A stretch of 64,000 bases of DNA, taken from assembly GCA_964355855.1 (NCBI GenBank), contig CAYHFD010000002.1, forward strand, positions 419 to 64,418. The letters are read 5' to 3'. A model generated the notes under the pieces. The model searched no databases. It was not told the origin of the DNA and saw only the letters and a list, made by a program, of their open reading frames with translations. Both the position numbers and the translations under genes were made by a program. This stretch comes from an uncultured Candidatus Saccharibacteria bacterium. GTDB lineage: Bacteria; Patescibacteriota; Minisyncoccia; Phycocordibacterales; XYD1-FULL-46-19. Numbering within the stretch: position 1 is the stretch's first letter; each line of letters begins with the position of its first letter. Positions 16,920 through 27,319 of the stretch are shown piece after piece.

Positions 16920-18638
16920 ATGATTCGTTCTAATATTGAAAAAGCGTTGATCGAGGAACTCAAGGTTTTGGGGGTACGAGGCCCTAAGGTTGATTTGGAG
17001 CATCCGACCGATCAGGCCCTGGGCGATTATGCCACCAATGTGGCCTTGGTCTACGCTAAAAAAATTGGCGCCAACCCGATTGATTTGGCGGGCAGGATTG
17101 TGCAGGGGTTAAAAACGCGCCACTTTCCGGAAGTAGAAAAAATTACGGTGGCGGGTTTTGGTTTTATTAATTTTTACCTCAAGCCAGACTTTTTTGAAAA
17201 GGAAATTAAAGAAATTTTGGCCAATGAAAAATTTGGGCAAAACAACCGCCTGAAAAAGCAAAAAACAATTGTTGAATACACCGACCCTAATCCGTTTAAA
17301 GTTTTTCACATTGGACATTTAATGTCTAATACGATTGGGGAAGCAGTGTCGCGATTACTTGAATGGAATGGGGCAGAGATAAAACGGGCTTGTTACCAAG
17401 GTGATGTTGGTTTACATATTGCCAAAGCTATTTATGGTTTACAAAAAAAGCCGGGGCAGTTTTGGAAAGAGAAGTTTTTTGGCACCGCTGTTAGTCGGGT
17501 GTCATATTTAGGCCTTGCTTACGCTTTGGGGGCTAAACAATATGATGAAGGTAAGGAAATACAAAAAGAGATTATTGAACTAAATAAAAAAATTTACGAC
17601 CGCAGTGATGCATCAGTTAACCGACTTTATGATGCCGGCCGCACTTGGAGCCTCGACTATTTTGAAACCATCTACCAACGGCTGGGGACCAAGTTTGACT
17701 TCTACTTTTTCGAGAGTGAGATGGCGGCTTTAGGCAAAGAAATTGTTGAGGAATTTCTGAAGAAGCAGATTTTTACAGAAAGCGATGGTGCGGTTGTCTT
17801 CAAAGGCGAGGCCCATGGTTTGCATACCCGGGTTTTCCTAAATTCCCAAGGTTTACCGACCTATGAAGCCAAGGAGCTGGGTCTCGCTAAAGCTAAATAT
17901 GATAAATATAAATTTGACCAGTCAGTAGTGATAACTGCCAATGAGCAAACAGAATATTTTAAAGTAGTAATGAAAGCGATGGAGTTTGTTTTTCCTAATT
18001 TGGCCAACAAAACCAGACATATTGCGCATGGTCTTTTAATGTTGCCGACGGGTAAGATGTCTTCGCGGACTGGGGACGTGGTGGCGGCCGAAGATTTGAT
18101 TAGTGATATTGAAGCCAAGGTCAACGAGAAGTTGATTGATCGCCCTTTGTCTAAAAATCAGAAAAAAGCTATTGCCGAGGTGGTGGCGATAGCGGCGATC
18201 AAGTTTTCAATTTTACGACAAGCGCCCGGCCGAGATGTGATTTTTGACACGGAAAAATCGGTGTCTTTTGAAGGGGATTCAGGGCCATATTTGCAATATA
18301 CCGCGGTGCGCGCTAGTTCGGTGATTAAAAAGGGCGAGGGGGAAGGTTTGGTGCCCAAATCGGTTCGGCCCGCCGGTGATCTAAATATTTTAGAACGTTT
18401 GCTTTACCAATTTCCTGAAGTAGTGGAGCGAGCAGGGGTGGATTTGGCCCCCCATTATATTGTGACTTATCTATTGGAAGTTGCCTCGGCATTTAACGGT
18501 TTTTATGGGGGTAATAAAATTATAGACAGTGACAATGTGGTCATGTCGGAGTGGCGTTTGGCTTTAACAGAAGCGACCCGCCGAGTTTTAGTAAATGGGC
18601 TGGAGATTTTGGGGATACGGGTGCCGGACCAAATGTAG
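16920..18638 (+). CDS. argS: Arginyl-tRNA synthetase
   Basis: Class I HIGH-like FHIGHLMS plus a C-terminal DALR anticodon-binding region (YLQYTAVRASSVIKK). Confidence 0.85.
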   Translation: MIRSNIEKALIEELKVLGVRGPKVDLEHPTDQALGDYATNVALVYAKKIGANPIDLAGRIVQGLKTRHFPEVEKITVAGFGFINFYLKPDFFEKEIKEILANEKFGQNNRLKKQKTIVEYTDPNPFKVFHIGHLMSNTIGEAVSRLLEWNGAEIKRACYQGDVGLHIAKAIYGLQKKPGQFWKEKFFGTAVSRVSYLGLAYALGAKQYDEGKEIQKEIIELNKKIYDRSDASVNRLYDAGRTWSLDYFETIYQRLGTKFDFYFFESEMAALGKEIVEEFLKKQIFTESDGAVVFKGEAHGLHTRVFLNSQGLPTYEAKELGLAKAKYDKYKFDQSVVITANEQTEYFKVVMKAMEFVFPNLANKTRHIAHGLLMLPTGKMSSRTGDVVAAEDLISDIEAKVNEKLIDRPLSKNQKKAIAEVVAIAAIKFSILRQAPGRDVIFDTEKSVSFEGDSGPYLQYTAVRASSVIKKGEGEGLVPKSVRPAGDLNILERLLYQFPEVVERAGVDLAPHYIVTYLLEVASAFNGFYGGNKIIDSDNVVMSEWRLALTEATRRVLVNGLEILGIRVPDQM

Positions 18639-18880
18639 GGCGCTCACCCTCGCCTTTTTAAGCTGGGCCCCGCTTCGTCGGTTAGAAATCATAGTCACCT
18701 CGCGACGAAAATCTCATAACTCGCTCTGCTGAGCTCAAACAGATGAGATTTTCTGCTCGGTTCCTTGATTTCTAAACCGACTCCCGCGAAAGCTTAAAAA
18801 AAGAGAGGGTTCGCTGGGGTGGGGGTAGAATAATGAGGTGAAAAAATTAGTTATTTATATAAATTCATCAGATTGTTTAT

Positions 18881-19747
18881 ATGGAGAATATCCTTAATTT
18901 AATCAAAGAAAATTATGTTTTTCCCGTAGACATAAAAGTTGATGAAATTCTGCAACAATCGGGAGGGCGTGTTGTTTATAAGGTGACTTCAGGAGATAAC
19001 CAATATATTCTTAAAATCGCTGATGAGTCTAAAACACAAGAGATGGTAGAAAAAGATACTCAAATTTTTTCATTCCTAAAACAGAATAATTTTAAAAATA
19101 GTTCCGTTCTCTTAGAAACAAAAAATAAAGAGAGATACATTAATACCGAAGGGAAATTTGTTTATGTTTTGGAATATATCGATGGTAAAAATCCAGAAAG
19201 TAGTGTTGCTACATGGGCCACGCTGGGCGAAATAGCTTCTCGGCTACACCATATAGAAGGATATCCCTATAAAACATCTTTTACTTTTGCATCTGAAAAA
19301 CCAAAATTTGTGAAGACAGCCAAGCCGTTGCCTTTTGGAACGGATTATTTAGCTCTAGCTAATCAACTTCCAGATTTGGACGAATTACCCCAATCACTCA
19401 TTCATACTGATATTGGGCCACACAATTCAGTCGAGAAGAGTGATAGACAAATTATTTTGGTGGATTGGGACGATGCTGGTGTTGGAACAAAAATATTAGA
19501 CTTGGGCTTTCCGCTGGTATGCCAGTTTGTTACTCATGAACTCATTTTTAAAGAAAAAGAAGCCTTAGCTTTTTATACTTCCTATCAGTTGAGAGGTGAA
19601 ATAACTGATGAGGAAAAAGATATTTTATTTGACGCGGGCATATTCTTTGCTCTTATGTATCTTCCATATGGTGATATAGACAAAAATTGGGCTAGGATAC
19701 GATTTGCGCTGGACAATAAGGAGAGGATCAGTTCAGTAGTGTTTTAA
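18881..19747 (+). CDS. Phosphotransferase (APH/choline-kinase-like) family protein
   Basis: LIHTDIGPHNSV catalytic-loop-like motif and VDWDDAG (DxD) motif; AT-rich gene. Confidence 0.55.
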   Translation: MENILNLIKENYVFPVDIKVDEILQQSGGRVVYKVTSGDNQYILKIADESKTQEMVEKDTQIFSFLKQNNFKNSSVLLETKNKERYINTEGKFVYVLEYIDGKNPESSVATWATLGEIASRLHHIEGYPYKTSFTFASEKPKFVKTAKPLPFGTDYLALANQLPDLDELPQSLIHTDIGPHNSVEKSDRQIILVDWDDAGVGTKILDLGFPLVCQFVTHELIFKEKEALAFYTSYQLRGEITDEEKDILFDAGIFFALMYLPYGDIDKNWARIRFALDNKERISSVVF

Positions 19748-19785
19748 ATTGTAAACGGACCTATTTTAAGGTAAATTATTTAAAT

Positions 19786-22700
19786 ATGTTAGACGAAAAA
19801 GACCAACCAATCAAGTCCGATATTGCCAAACGAGAGGAAGAAATTCTGCAGTTTTGGCAGGACAATGATATTTTCAAAAAATCATTAGCTAAAAACATTA
19901 CCGGCCCCGCCTCCGCTAAAGCTACGGCGGGCAAGGAGTTTGTTTTTTATGAAGGTCCGCCGACTGCCAATGGCCGGCCCGGTCTTCACCACCTAGAAGC
20001 GCGGGCTTTCAAAGATGCGATTCCGCGCTATAAAACGATGCGGGGTTTCAAAGTAAGTCGACGGGGTGGTTGGGATACCCATGGTTTGCCAGTAGAAATA
20101 GAAACCGAAAAAAAACTGGGATTAAAATCTAAAAAAGACATTGAGAGTTATGGTATAGGTAAATTTAATGAAGAATGTAAAAAAAGTGTCTGGTCTTATG
20201 TCGATGAATGGCGTAGTTTTACCGAACGGATTGGCTATTGGGTAGATTTAGACAACCCATATATTACTTACAAACCCGAGTATATGGAGTCGGTCTGGCA
20301 TATCTTAGCCACGGCTCACAAACGTGATCTTTTATATCAAGACTATCGGGTGGTGCCGTGGTGTACGAGGTGTGGGACAGTTTTATCTAGCCACGAACTG
20401 GCCCAAGGTTATGCCGATGTTAAAGATTTGTCGGTATATGTGAAATTTGAATTGGAAGACGAGCCAAACACTTTTATGTTAGCTTGGACGACCACCCCGT
20501 GGACATTGCCGGGAAATGTAGCGTTGGCGGTTGGGGCAGATATTGATTATGTAAAACTTCGGGCCTTGCCTGAGGCAGAATTTAGTGACAATCACACTGA
20601 ACAAAAACATAAAGATGAATTTATTATTTTAGCGAGGAAAATTTTTGAAAAAATATCACGCCAAGATAGTAATGGGGATTATATTTTGATGGACAAAACT
20701 GAACAAGTCTATAAGCTGGTGACGGAAATTAAAGGCGATAAACTTCTCGGTAAAAAATACAAACCCTTGTGGCCGTTTTTAGCTGATCAGCTATCGGCGA
20801 AGGAAAGAGATAAGTCTTTTCAAGTTTATCCAGCTAGTTTTGTAACTACTGAAGATGGTACAGGAGTGGTGCATACGGCAGTAATGTATGGTCAGGATGA
20901 CTTCGAATTGGGGACGAGAGTGGGCCTACCTAAATATCATATCGTAAATGAAGATGGCACTTTTAAAACAGAGGCAGGATTTTTAGCGGGCCGATTGGTA
21001 AAAGACGAAGCGACTGACGTGGAAATAATTAAAGATTTGGCTGGACGGGAACTTTTATTTAAAAAAGAAAAATATACACATACCTATCCATTTTGTTGGC
21101 GTTGTAAAACTCCACTTATTTATTATGCGCGGGATTCTTGGTATATCCGGATGTCGGCATTGAAGGATGAGTTGGTTAGAGAAAATCAGGACATAAATTG
21201 GGAACCAGCGCATATTAAAGATGGTCGTTTTGGCGAGTGGCTCGCGGGGGTGAAAGATTGGGCCATTTCGCGCGAGCGTTATTGGGGTACGCCACTGCCG
21301 GTGTGGCGGAGTGCTGACAAAAAGGAGATATTGGTGGTTGATTCAATAGAAACTCTTAAAAAACACACCAAAAAGTCTGGTAATAAATATTTTGTGTTAA
21401 GGCACGGCGAAGCTGAACACAATGCTCTTGGGATAATTGATTCAACTGATGCTAATAAATATACTTTGACCGAAACGGGGCGCAAACAAATAGAAACAAC
21501 TGTTGCTGATTTGAAAAATAAAAAAATTGATATTATTTATTCTTCGCCATTTTTTAGAACCAAGGAATCGGCGGAAATTTTGGCGGACAGTTTAAATATC
21601 GCTAAAGCGGAGATAATTTTTGATGACCGGCTTAAAGAATTAGATTTTGGTAGCTTGCACGGCCAAGAATTTTCAGAATTTCTAAAATATGAGAAAGAAA
21701 ATATGTTGTTGTTTTCTGACTTATTGCCAGATGGGGAAAGTTATCTGGACGCCAAAAGACGTTTCGGAAAATTTATTTATGAATTAGAAGAAAAAGTGAA
21801 GGGTAAAAATATCTTGATTGTTACTCATGGGATTGGCGCCGAAGTTTTAGTGCCAATCGCTTTAGCTGCAAACAACGAAGACTCAAAAAAAATATTAGAT
21901 AAAGTGGCACCAAAAGTGGGAGAAGTCAATCAGATTGATTTTGTGCCCCTACCTCATAATAATAATTTTGAGCTGGATTTACATCGGCCGTTTATCGATG
22001 AGGTAAAACTGGTTTCTGATAATGGTACTGAACTATCACGGGTGCCGGAAGTGATGGATGTGTGGTTCGATTCGGGGGCGATGCCTTTTGCCCAAGATCA
22101 TTATCCGTTTGAAAACAAAGAAAAGATTGAAAATGGTGGATATCCAGCCGATTTTATTTCCGAAGCGATTGATCAAACCCGTGGTTGGTTTTACACCTTA
22201 CACGCCGTGGGGGCCCTAATGGGTCGCGGTAAGGCCTATAAAAATGTCATTTGTTTAGGCCATATTTTAGACTCTGCAGGTAAAAAAATGTCCAAGTCGG
22301 TGGGCAATGTGGTCAATCCTTGGGAAATGATTGATAAATATGGTGTTGATGTTTTGCGTTTTTGGATGTATTCAGTCAATCAGCCTGGAGATTCAAAAAA
22401 TTTTGACGAACGGACAGTGGATGAAGTAAACAAAAAGGTTTTTAATCTCCTAAAAAATGTTGTTAATTTTTACGAGATGTTTAAGACGAGGGCAGAACCG
22501 CTTGCTAATTTTTCTAATTTGCCGGCACTCGATCGTTGGGTCGTTGCTAAACTTGCCCAACTAAAAACTGAAATGACCAATAGTCTTGATCGATATGATT
22601 TGTTTTCGGCAACAAGATATTTACGTGAGTTTGTTGGTGATTTGTCACAGTGGTATATTCGGCGGTCACGCGACCGGTTTAAAAATGGTGGCGAGGATGC

Positions 22701-23325
22701 TTTAATAGCCGAAGCGACAACCAGATTTGTTTTACTTGAAATTTCCAAACTGATGGCTCCATTTGCGCCGTTTTTTGCTGAAGACATTTTTAAGAAGTTA
22801 AAAACCGAAAGTGATTCCGAGAGTGTTCATTTGGCAGAGTGGTCAAAATGGCAAGTGGATTTTGATATTGAAAAGACTATAAAAAATATGGATCAAGTGA
22901 GGGAGATCGTTTCGCTTGCTCTCGAGGCAAGGTCTAAAGCCGGGGTTAAGGTACGACAACCCTTGGCTCTACTTACCATTAAAGAGTTGGTAGACAAAGA
23001 CCTTTGGTCAATCATTAAAGATGAAGTTAATGTGAAAAAAATAAAACACAATAGTGAGTTGGCTGAAAAAATATTTTTAGACACTAATTTGACCGAAGAT
23101 TTGAAAGAAGAGGGGAAGGCCCGGGACCTGATGCGCCAGATTCAGGACTTGCGCAAAGAGCGTGGGCTCGCACCGAGTGATCGGATTACTCTCACAATCG
23201 CGACCAACGAAGCGGGCCAGAGCCTAGTAGAAAAATTTCAAACCGAAATTATAAAAACCGTGGGTGCCGACAGCTTATCATTTGAACTTTCTGATAGTGA
23301 AAGTGAATTTAAGATTTCTTTCTAA
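19786..23325 (+). CDS. ileS: Isoleucyl-tRNA synthetase (type 2-like) carrying an inserted histidine-phosphatase (PGAM-like) domain
   Basis: PPTANGRPGLHH (HIGH), WAISRERYWGTPLP, VWFDSG and KMSKS motifs. About 180 aa containing VLRHGEAEHN...TETGRKQ...IVTHGIG are inserted between the WGTPLP and VWFDSG segments (nt ~21355-21900). Confidence 0.85.
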   Translation: MLDEKDQPIKSDIAKREEEILQFWQDNDIFKKSLAKNITGPASAKATAGKEFVFYEGPPTANGRPGLHHLEARAFKDAIPRYKTMRGFKVSRRGGWDTHGLPVEIETEKKLGLKSKKDIESYGIGKFNEECKKSVWSYVDEWRSFTERIGYWVDLDNPYITYKPEYMESVWHILATAHKRDLLYQDYRVVPWCTRCGTVLSSHELAQGYADVKDLSVYVKFELEDEPNTFMLAWTTTPWTLPGNVALAVGADIDYVKLRALPEAEFSDNHTEQKHKDEFIILARKIFEKISRQDSNGDYILMDKTEQVYKLVTEIKGDKLLGKKYKPLWPFLADQLSAKERDKSFQVYPASFVTTEDGTGVVHTAVMYGQDDFELGTRVGLPKYHIVNEDGTFKTEAGFLAGRLVKDEATDVEIIKDLAGRELLFKKEKYTHTYPFCWRCKTPLIYYARDSWYIRMSALKDELVRENQDINWEPAHIKDGRFGEWLAGVKDWAISRERYWGTPLPVWRSADKKEILVVDSIETLKKHTKKSGNKYFVLRHGEAEHNALGIIDSTDANKYTLTETGRKQIETTVADLKNKKIDIIYSSPFFRTKESAEILADSLNIAKAEIIFDDRLKELDFGSLHGQEFSEFLKYEKENMLLFSDLLPDGESYLDAKRRFGKFIYELEEKVKGKNILIVTHGIGAEVLVPIALAANNEDSKKILDKVAPKVGEVNQIDFVPLPHNNNFELDLHRPFIDEVKLVSDNGTELSRVPEVMDVWFDSGAMPFAQDHYPFENKEKIENGGYPADFISEAIDQTRGWFYTLHAVGALMGRGKAYKNVICLGHILDSAGKKMSKSVGNVVNPWEMIDKYGVDVLRFWMYSVNQPGDSKNFDERTVDEVNKKVFNLLKNVVNFYEMFKTRAEPLANFSNLPALDRWVVAKLAQLKTEMTNSLDRYDLFSATRYLREFVGDLSQWYIRRSRDRFKNGGEDALIAEATTRFVLLEISKLMAPFAPFFAEDIFKKLKTESDSESVHLAEWSKWQVDFDIEKTIKNMDQVREIVSLALEARSKAGVKVRQPLALLTIKELVDKDLWSIIKDEVNVKKIKHNSELAEKIFLDTNLTEDLKEEGKARDLMRQIQDLRKERGLAPSDRITLTIATNEAGQSLVEKFQTEIIKTVGADSLSFELSDSESEFKISF

Positions 23326-23377
23326 CCCTGTTTCTAATTTTTAATTTCTAAATTTTTATTCTTCCTTCTATCCTATT

Positions 23378-23974
23378 ATGGCTCATCGGCATTATCATAC
23401 CCAAGGTTTTATTTTAAATGAACGCCCCTTGCGGGAGAAGGACATCTTGATATCGGTTTTTACTTTGGATTTAGGTCTAGTAAGAGCCACTATAAAGTCG
23501 GCGCGAGATATTAGATCTAAACTTCGCCCACACGCCAGTCGTTACGGCTATGTCAGTATTACTCTGGTTCGTGGGCGGGAATTTTGGAAAGTAGTCGGCC
23601 TTGAAACCATCAGTATTTATCAGCCAATTTGGAGTTGTCAGGATTTGGCTTTACCGACAGCCCGGATTTTTGCCTTGTTAGAGCGGTTGGTTAACGGTGA
23701 AGAATCTGCCCCTAGACTTTTTGCTGATGTGGCTGAAGGTATAAATCTTATGGCCATCTTACCGTTGGTCGAGCGTAGTCAGCATGCTAAAAATCTAGAA
23801 TGTTTAGTGGTTTTGCGTGTGCTTCACCATTTGGGTTATTTACCTAGTTTACCCTTACTTCAGCCTTTTATTGCTGAATCCAGACTTGATTTGGCCTTGG
23901 TCCAGTCTATGTCGCCAATTCGGTTGGAGGCGATTCAAACTATCAATCGAGCCTTCAACGACGCTAATGTTTAA
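23378..23974 (+). CDS. recO: DNA repair protein RecO
   Basis: N-terminal OB-fold pattern HTQGFILNERPLREKDILISVFT. Confidence 0.6.
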   Translation: MAHRHYHTQGFILNERPLREKDILISVFTLDLGLVRATIKSARDIRSKLRPHASRYGYVSITLVRGREFWKVVGLETISIYQPIWSCQDLALPTARIFALLERLVNGEESAPRLFADVAEGINLMAILPLVERSQHAKNLECLVVLRVLHHLGYLPSLPLLQPFIAESRLDLALVQSMSPIRLEAIQTINRAFNDANV

Positions 23975-24051
23975 TCAAACTGCAGAATTTTCCGTTAGCT
24001 TCCTGTAAGGATAGGATGAGCAGGTTTTAGCTTATGTGATATAATTTTCCT

Positions 24052-25956
24052 ATGCCCAACGAGGAGAAAATTAATCATTTAGAGGAAGCCGAAAAAAAAC
24101 TCTACCGCCGTGACGTTGTGCCCGAATCACGGCCACGAACGCGGTTGCGTTTAGTGGAGCGAGAAATAAATAAAGATTGGTCCGATGGCTCGTCTTCTTT
24201 AAATAGAAATCAATCAATGAACAGTTCTATTTTGGCCAAAATTCTTATATTTGCCATCATTTTATTTATTGGCACCTTGGGGGTGGCGGCTTTTGTTGTT
24301 TGGCAAGGTGGCAATCAAATTTCTGGTAAAAATATCGACTTTGAAATCAAGGGTCCAGTGGCGGTTAAAGCTGGTGACGAAACCTCGCTCCAAATTCTTA
24401 TTTCCAATCGCAACACAATCGAACTACAAAGTGTCAAACTATTACTAGCCTTTCCAACTGATACCAAGTCGGCCTCAAGTACAGAAATTGATTTAGTTCG
24501 TCTTTCTGAACCCCTAGGCATAATTGATTCAGGTGAGGTTGTAAATAAAACCGTTAAAGCTACTTTTTTTGGCCAAGAAGGAGAGGAAAAACAGGTTAAA
24601 GCTAAAATCGAATACAAAGTTCCTGGGTCAAATGCTTTGTATACTAAAGACACCGACATCTTTTTTTCTATTAGTTCGCCTCCGGTAGGCCTGGTTCTAA
24701 AAACTGTACCCGAAGCGGCTTCCGGCCAAGAGGTCGAGGTAGAAGTCAATATTTCCCCCCGGTCACGCCAGTCGGTAGATAAGGCTTTATTGGTGGTGGA
24801 CTATCCAGCCGGCTTTACCTTTTCTGAATCTAGTGTAACCCCATCTTTTAATAATAATGTTTGGGTTTTACCAGACCTGTCGGCCAATGCCGAGCAAGTT
24901 ATTACTATTAAGGGTATTTTGACTGGCGTAGAAAATGAAAACAAGGCTTTTGTGGCGACAGTTGGGACACAAGATTCTTTGGGCGAAGATACTATTTCTT
25001 TTCCCTATAACCGTACCACCGAAACTATTCATTTGCGTGAAGCTTTTATTGGACTTTCAATTTTAGCCGATGACAGTACCAAACAACCATACATTGCTTT
25101 AGGCGATCGGTCGGTCAAGTTTCAACTTGGCTGGCAAAACAATTTAGATGTAGCGGTGTCTGATGCCGTTATTGAGCTTACTTTTACAAGCAATATTGCC
25201 AATTTGCCAGAAACAGACCCTGGTAAAGGTTTGTATCGCGCCGATCAAAACAAAATTACTTGGACCAAGTCGGTTGAGTCGGCTTTGGCTTCGATTAAAC
25301 CCGGAGAAAAAGGTCTGGTCACTTTTGCTTTGACTACCAAAGCCCTAAATATTTTAGAAACCCAAGCAGTGAGAAATCCCGTAATAAATATTTCAGCTAA
25401 ACTAACCGCCAACCGCAATTCCCCTGGTTTTTCTGGTGAAAAAATTGTTTCCGAAACTAAGTCAGAAGTGAGAGTAAAAACTATGGCGACCTTATCGCAA
25501 GTGCTAAATCGAGCCGGTGGAACTTTTTCTAATACTGGTCCAATACCACCACGGGTTGAACAAGAAACTACCTATACCGTAACTTGGTCGGTGACCAACA
25601 CCTCTAGTCAATTGCGTGATGCCATCGTGAAAACAGTTTTGCCATCTTATATTGAATGGAAAAATATAAAACAGCCGACAGCCGAAGAATTAGTCTTTAA
25701 CCCGACCAGTCGTGAATTGGTTTGGAAATTAGGGCGAGTTCAGCCGGGGGTTATTCCTCGTAGTGTGGCTTTTCAAATTGGACTACTGCCAACCTTGGAT
25801 CAAGTTGGTATAAACCCAGTTTTAATTGATGAAATGAAGTTATCAGCATTTGACACTTTTGCCGAGACAATGGTAGAAGATAAGGTGGTCGCTGTGTCGA
25901 CTAAACAAATCAGTGACCCTGGCTACCAGTTAGACCTTGGGGTGGTAGATCGCTAA
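24052..25956 (+). CDS. Large membrane-anchored extracellular hypothetical protein
   Basis: One N-terminal TM helix (ILIFAIILFIGTLGVAAFVVW) followed by ~550 aa that is predicted beta-rich. Confidence 0.5.
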   Translation: MPNEEKINHLEEAEKKLYRRDVVPESRPRTRLRLVEREINKDWSDGSSSLNRNQSMNSSILAKILIFAIILFIGTLGVAAFVVWQGGNQISGKNIDFEIKGPVAVKAGDETSLQILISNRNTIELQSVKLLLAFPTDTKSASSTEIDLVRLSEPLGIIDSGEVVNKTVKATFFGQEGEEKQVKAKIEYKVPGSNALYTKDTDIFFSISSPPVGLVLKTVPEAASGQEVEVEVNISPRSRQSVDKALLVVDYPAGFTFSESSVTPSFNNNVWVLPDLSANAEQVITIKGILTGVENENKAFVATVGTQDSLGEDTISFPYNRTTETIHLREAFIGLSILADDSTKQPYIALGDRSVKFQLGWQNNLDVAVSDAVIELTFTSNIANLPETDPGKGLYRADQNKITWTKSVESALASIKPGEKGLVTFALTTKALNILETQAVRNPVINISAKLTANRNSPGFSGEKIVSETKSEVRVKTMATLSQVLNRAGGTFSNTGPIPPRVEQETTYTVTWSVTNTSSQLRDAIVKTVLPSYIEWKNIKQPTAEELVFNPTSRELVWKLGRVQPGVIPRSVAFQIGLLPTLDQVGINPVLIDEMKLSAFDTFAETMVEDKVVAVSTKQISDPGYQLDLGVVDR

Positions 25957-25957
25957 T

Positions 25958-27259
25958 ATGACCAAAGATACTAACATCATGGAAAAGATAATTAGTCTCG
26001 CCAAACGGCGGGGTTTTGTCTATCAGGGTTCCGAAATATATGGTGGTTTGGCTGGAACCTGGGACTATGGTCCACTAGGTGTGGCTTTAAAAAACAATAT
26101 AAAAAATTTGTGGTGGAAGCGGTTTGTGTTAGACCGTGAAGACGTGTACGGTTTTGATGCTGCCATTTTGATGAATCAAGAGGTGTGGAAATCGAGCGGT
26201 CACGTGGGCGGTTTTTCCGATCCGCTGGTGGAATGTACTAAGTGTAAAAAAAGATTTCGCGCTGATCATTTGGAAGATAAAAATAAATGTCCTGACTGTG
26301 GGGGAGTTTTAGGTGACGAAAAACAGTTTAATATGATGTTTAAAACTTCAGTCGGGGCGACCGAAGACGAATCCGCCGTGTCTTATTTGCGTCCTGAAAC
26401 TGCCCAAGGGATGTTTGTAAACTTTAAAAATATTATTGATACATTTCATCCTAAATTGCCCTTTGGTTTGGCTCAAATCGGCAAAGCCTTCCGCAATGAA
26501 ATTGCTCCTCGAGATTTCCTGTTTCGTACTCGGGAATTTGAACAAATGGAAATTGAATATTTTGTTCAACCGGTCGATTGGGACAAAGTTTTTGAGGAGT
26601 TGCGGTCAGAAATTCACGCCTATACCAAAGACATTGGTCTAACTGCCGATAAAGTTCATGAACTGGAGGTGGGCGCTGGCGATCGCGCTCATTATTCCAA
26701 ACGGACGATTGATTTTGAGTTTGACTATCCGTTTGGCCGTAAAGAGTTGTATGGTTTGGCTTACCGCACGGATTTTGACTTATCAGCCCATACTATTGGT
26801 AGTAAGGTAGATATTTCTTATTTTGATGAAGAAACTAAAGAGCGTTTTGTGCCCCATGTCATCGAACCGTCTTTTGGGGTCGACCGAACTGTTCTGGCGG
26901 TTTTAGTTGATGCCTATACCGAAGATGAAATGGGTGGCGAAACACGGTCTTACTTAAAACTTAATAAAGCCGTAGCCCCAATCAAAGCGGCGGTTTTTCC
27001 TTTACTTAAAAATAAACCTGAACTAGTAGCTAAAGCACGTGAGGTATATCTAAGTCTGAAAAAAGAAATTCCGCAAATAATGTGGGATGACAATGGCAAT
27101 ATTGGCAAGCGTTACCGCCGACAAGATGAAATTGGTACCCCAGTTTGTATTACGGTGGACTTTGATACCCTTGAGGACGACACAGTGACAATTAGAAACC
27201 GAGATACTGGTGAACAAGAGCGAGTCAAGATAGAAGGCCTACCCTCCCTTGTCGCCTAA
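25958..27259 (+). CDS. glyQS: Glycyl-tRNA synthetase (alpha2 dimeric type)
   Basis: RRGFVYQGSEIYGGLAGTWDYGPLG and class II motifs. Confidence 0.85.
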   Translation: MTKDTNIMEKIISLAKRRGFVYQGSEIYGGLAGTWDYGPLGVALKNNIKNLWWKRFVLDREDVYGFDAAILMNQEVWKSSGHVGGFSDPLVECTKCKKRFRADHLEDKNKCPDCGGVLGDEKQFNMMFKTSVGATEDESAVSYLRPETAQGMFVNFKNIIDTFHPKLPFGLAQIGKAFRNEIAPRDFLFRTREFEQMEIEYFVQPVDWDKVFEELRSEIHAYTKDIGLTADKVHELEVGAGDRAHYSKRTIDFEFDYPFGRKELYGLAYRTDFDLSAHTIGSKVDISYFDEETKERFVPHVIEPSFGVDRTVLAVLVDAYTEDEMGGETRSYLKLNKAVAPIKAAVFPLLKNKPELVAKAREVYLSLKKEIPQIMWDDNGNIGKRYRRQDEIGTPVCITVDFDTLEDDTVTIRNRDTGEQERVKIEGLPSLVA

Positions 27260-27319
27260 TTATTGGCCGATTGAAAGTCGCTGACGAGTGTAGTACGATA
27301 TGGACACTAAGCCTTATTT

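Noticed and set aside
21355-21900. The insertion in ileS could be an intein
   Set aside because: There is no Cys/Ser-initiated splicing block, no terminal HN and no endonuclease motifs. The segment instead has RHGE/THG histidine-phosphatase motifs.
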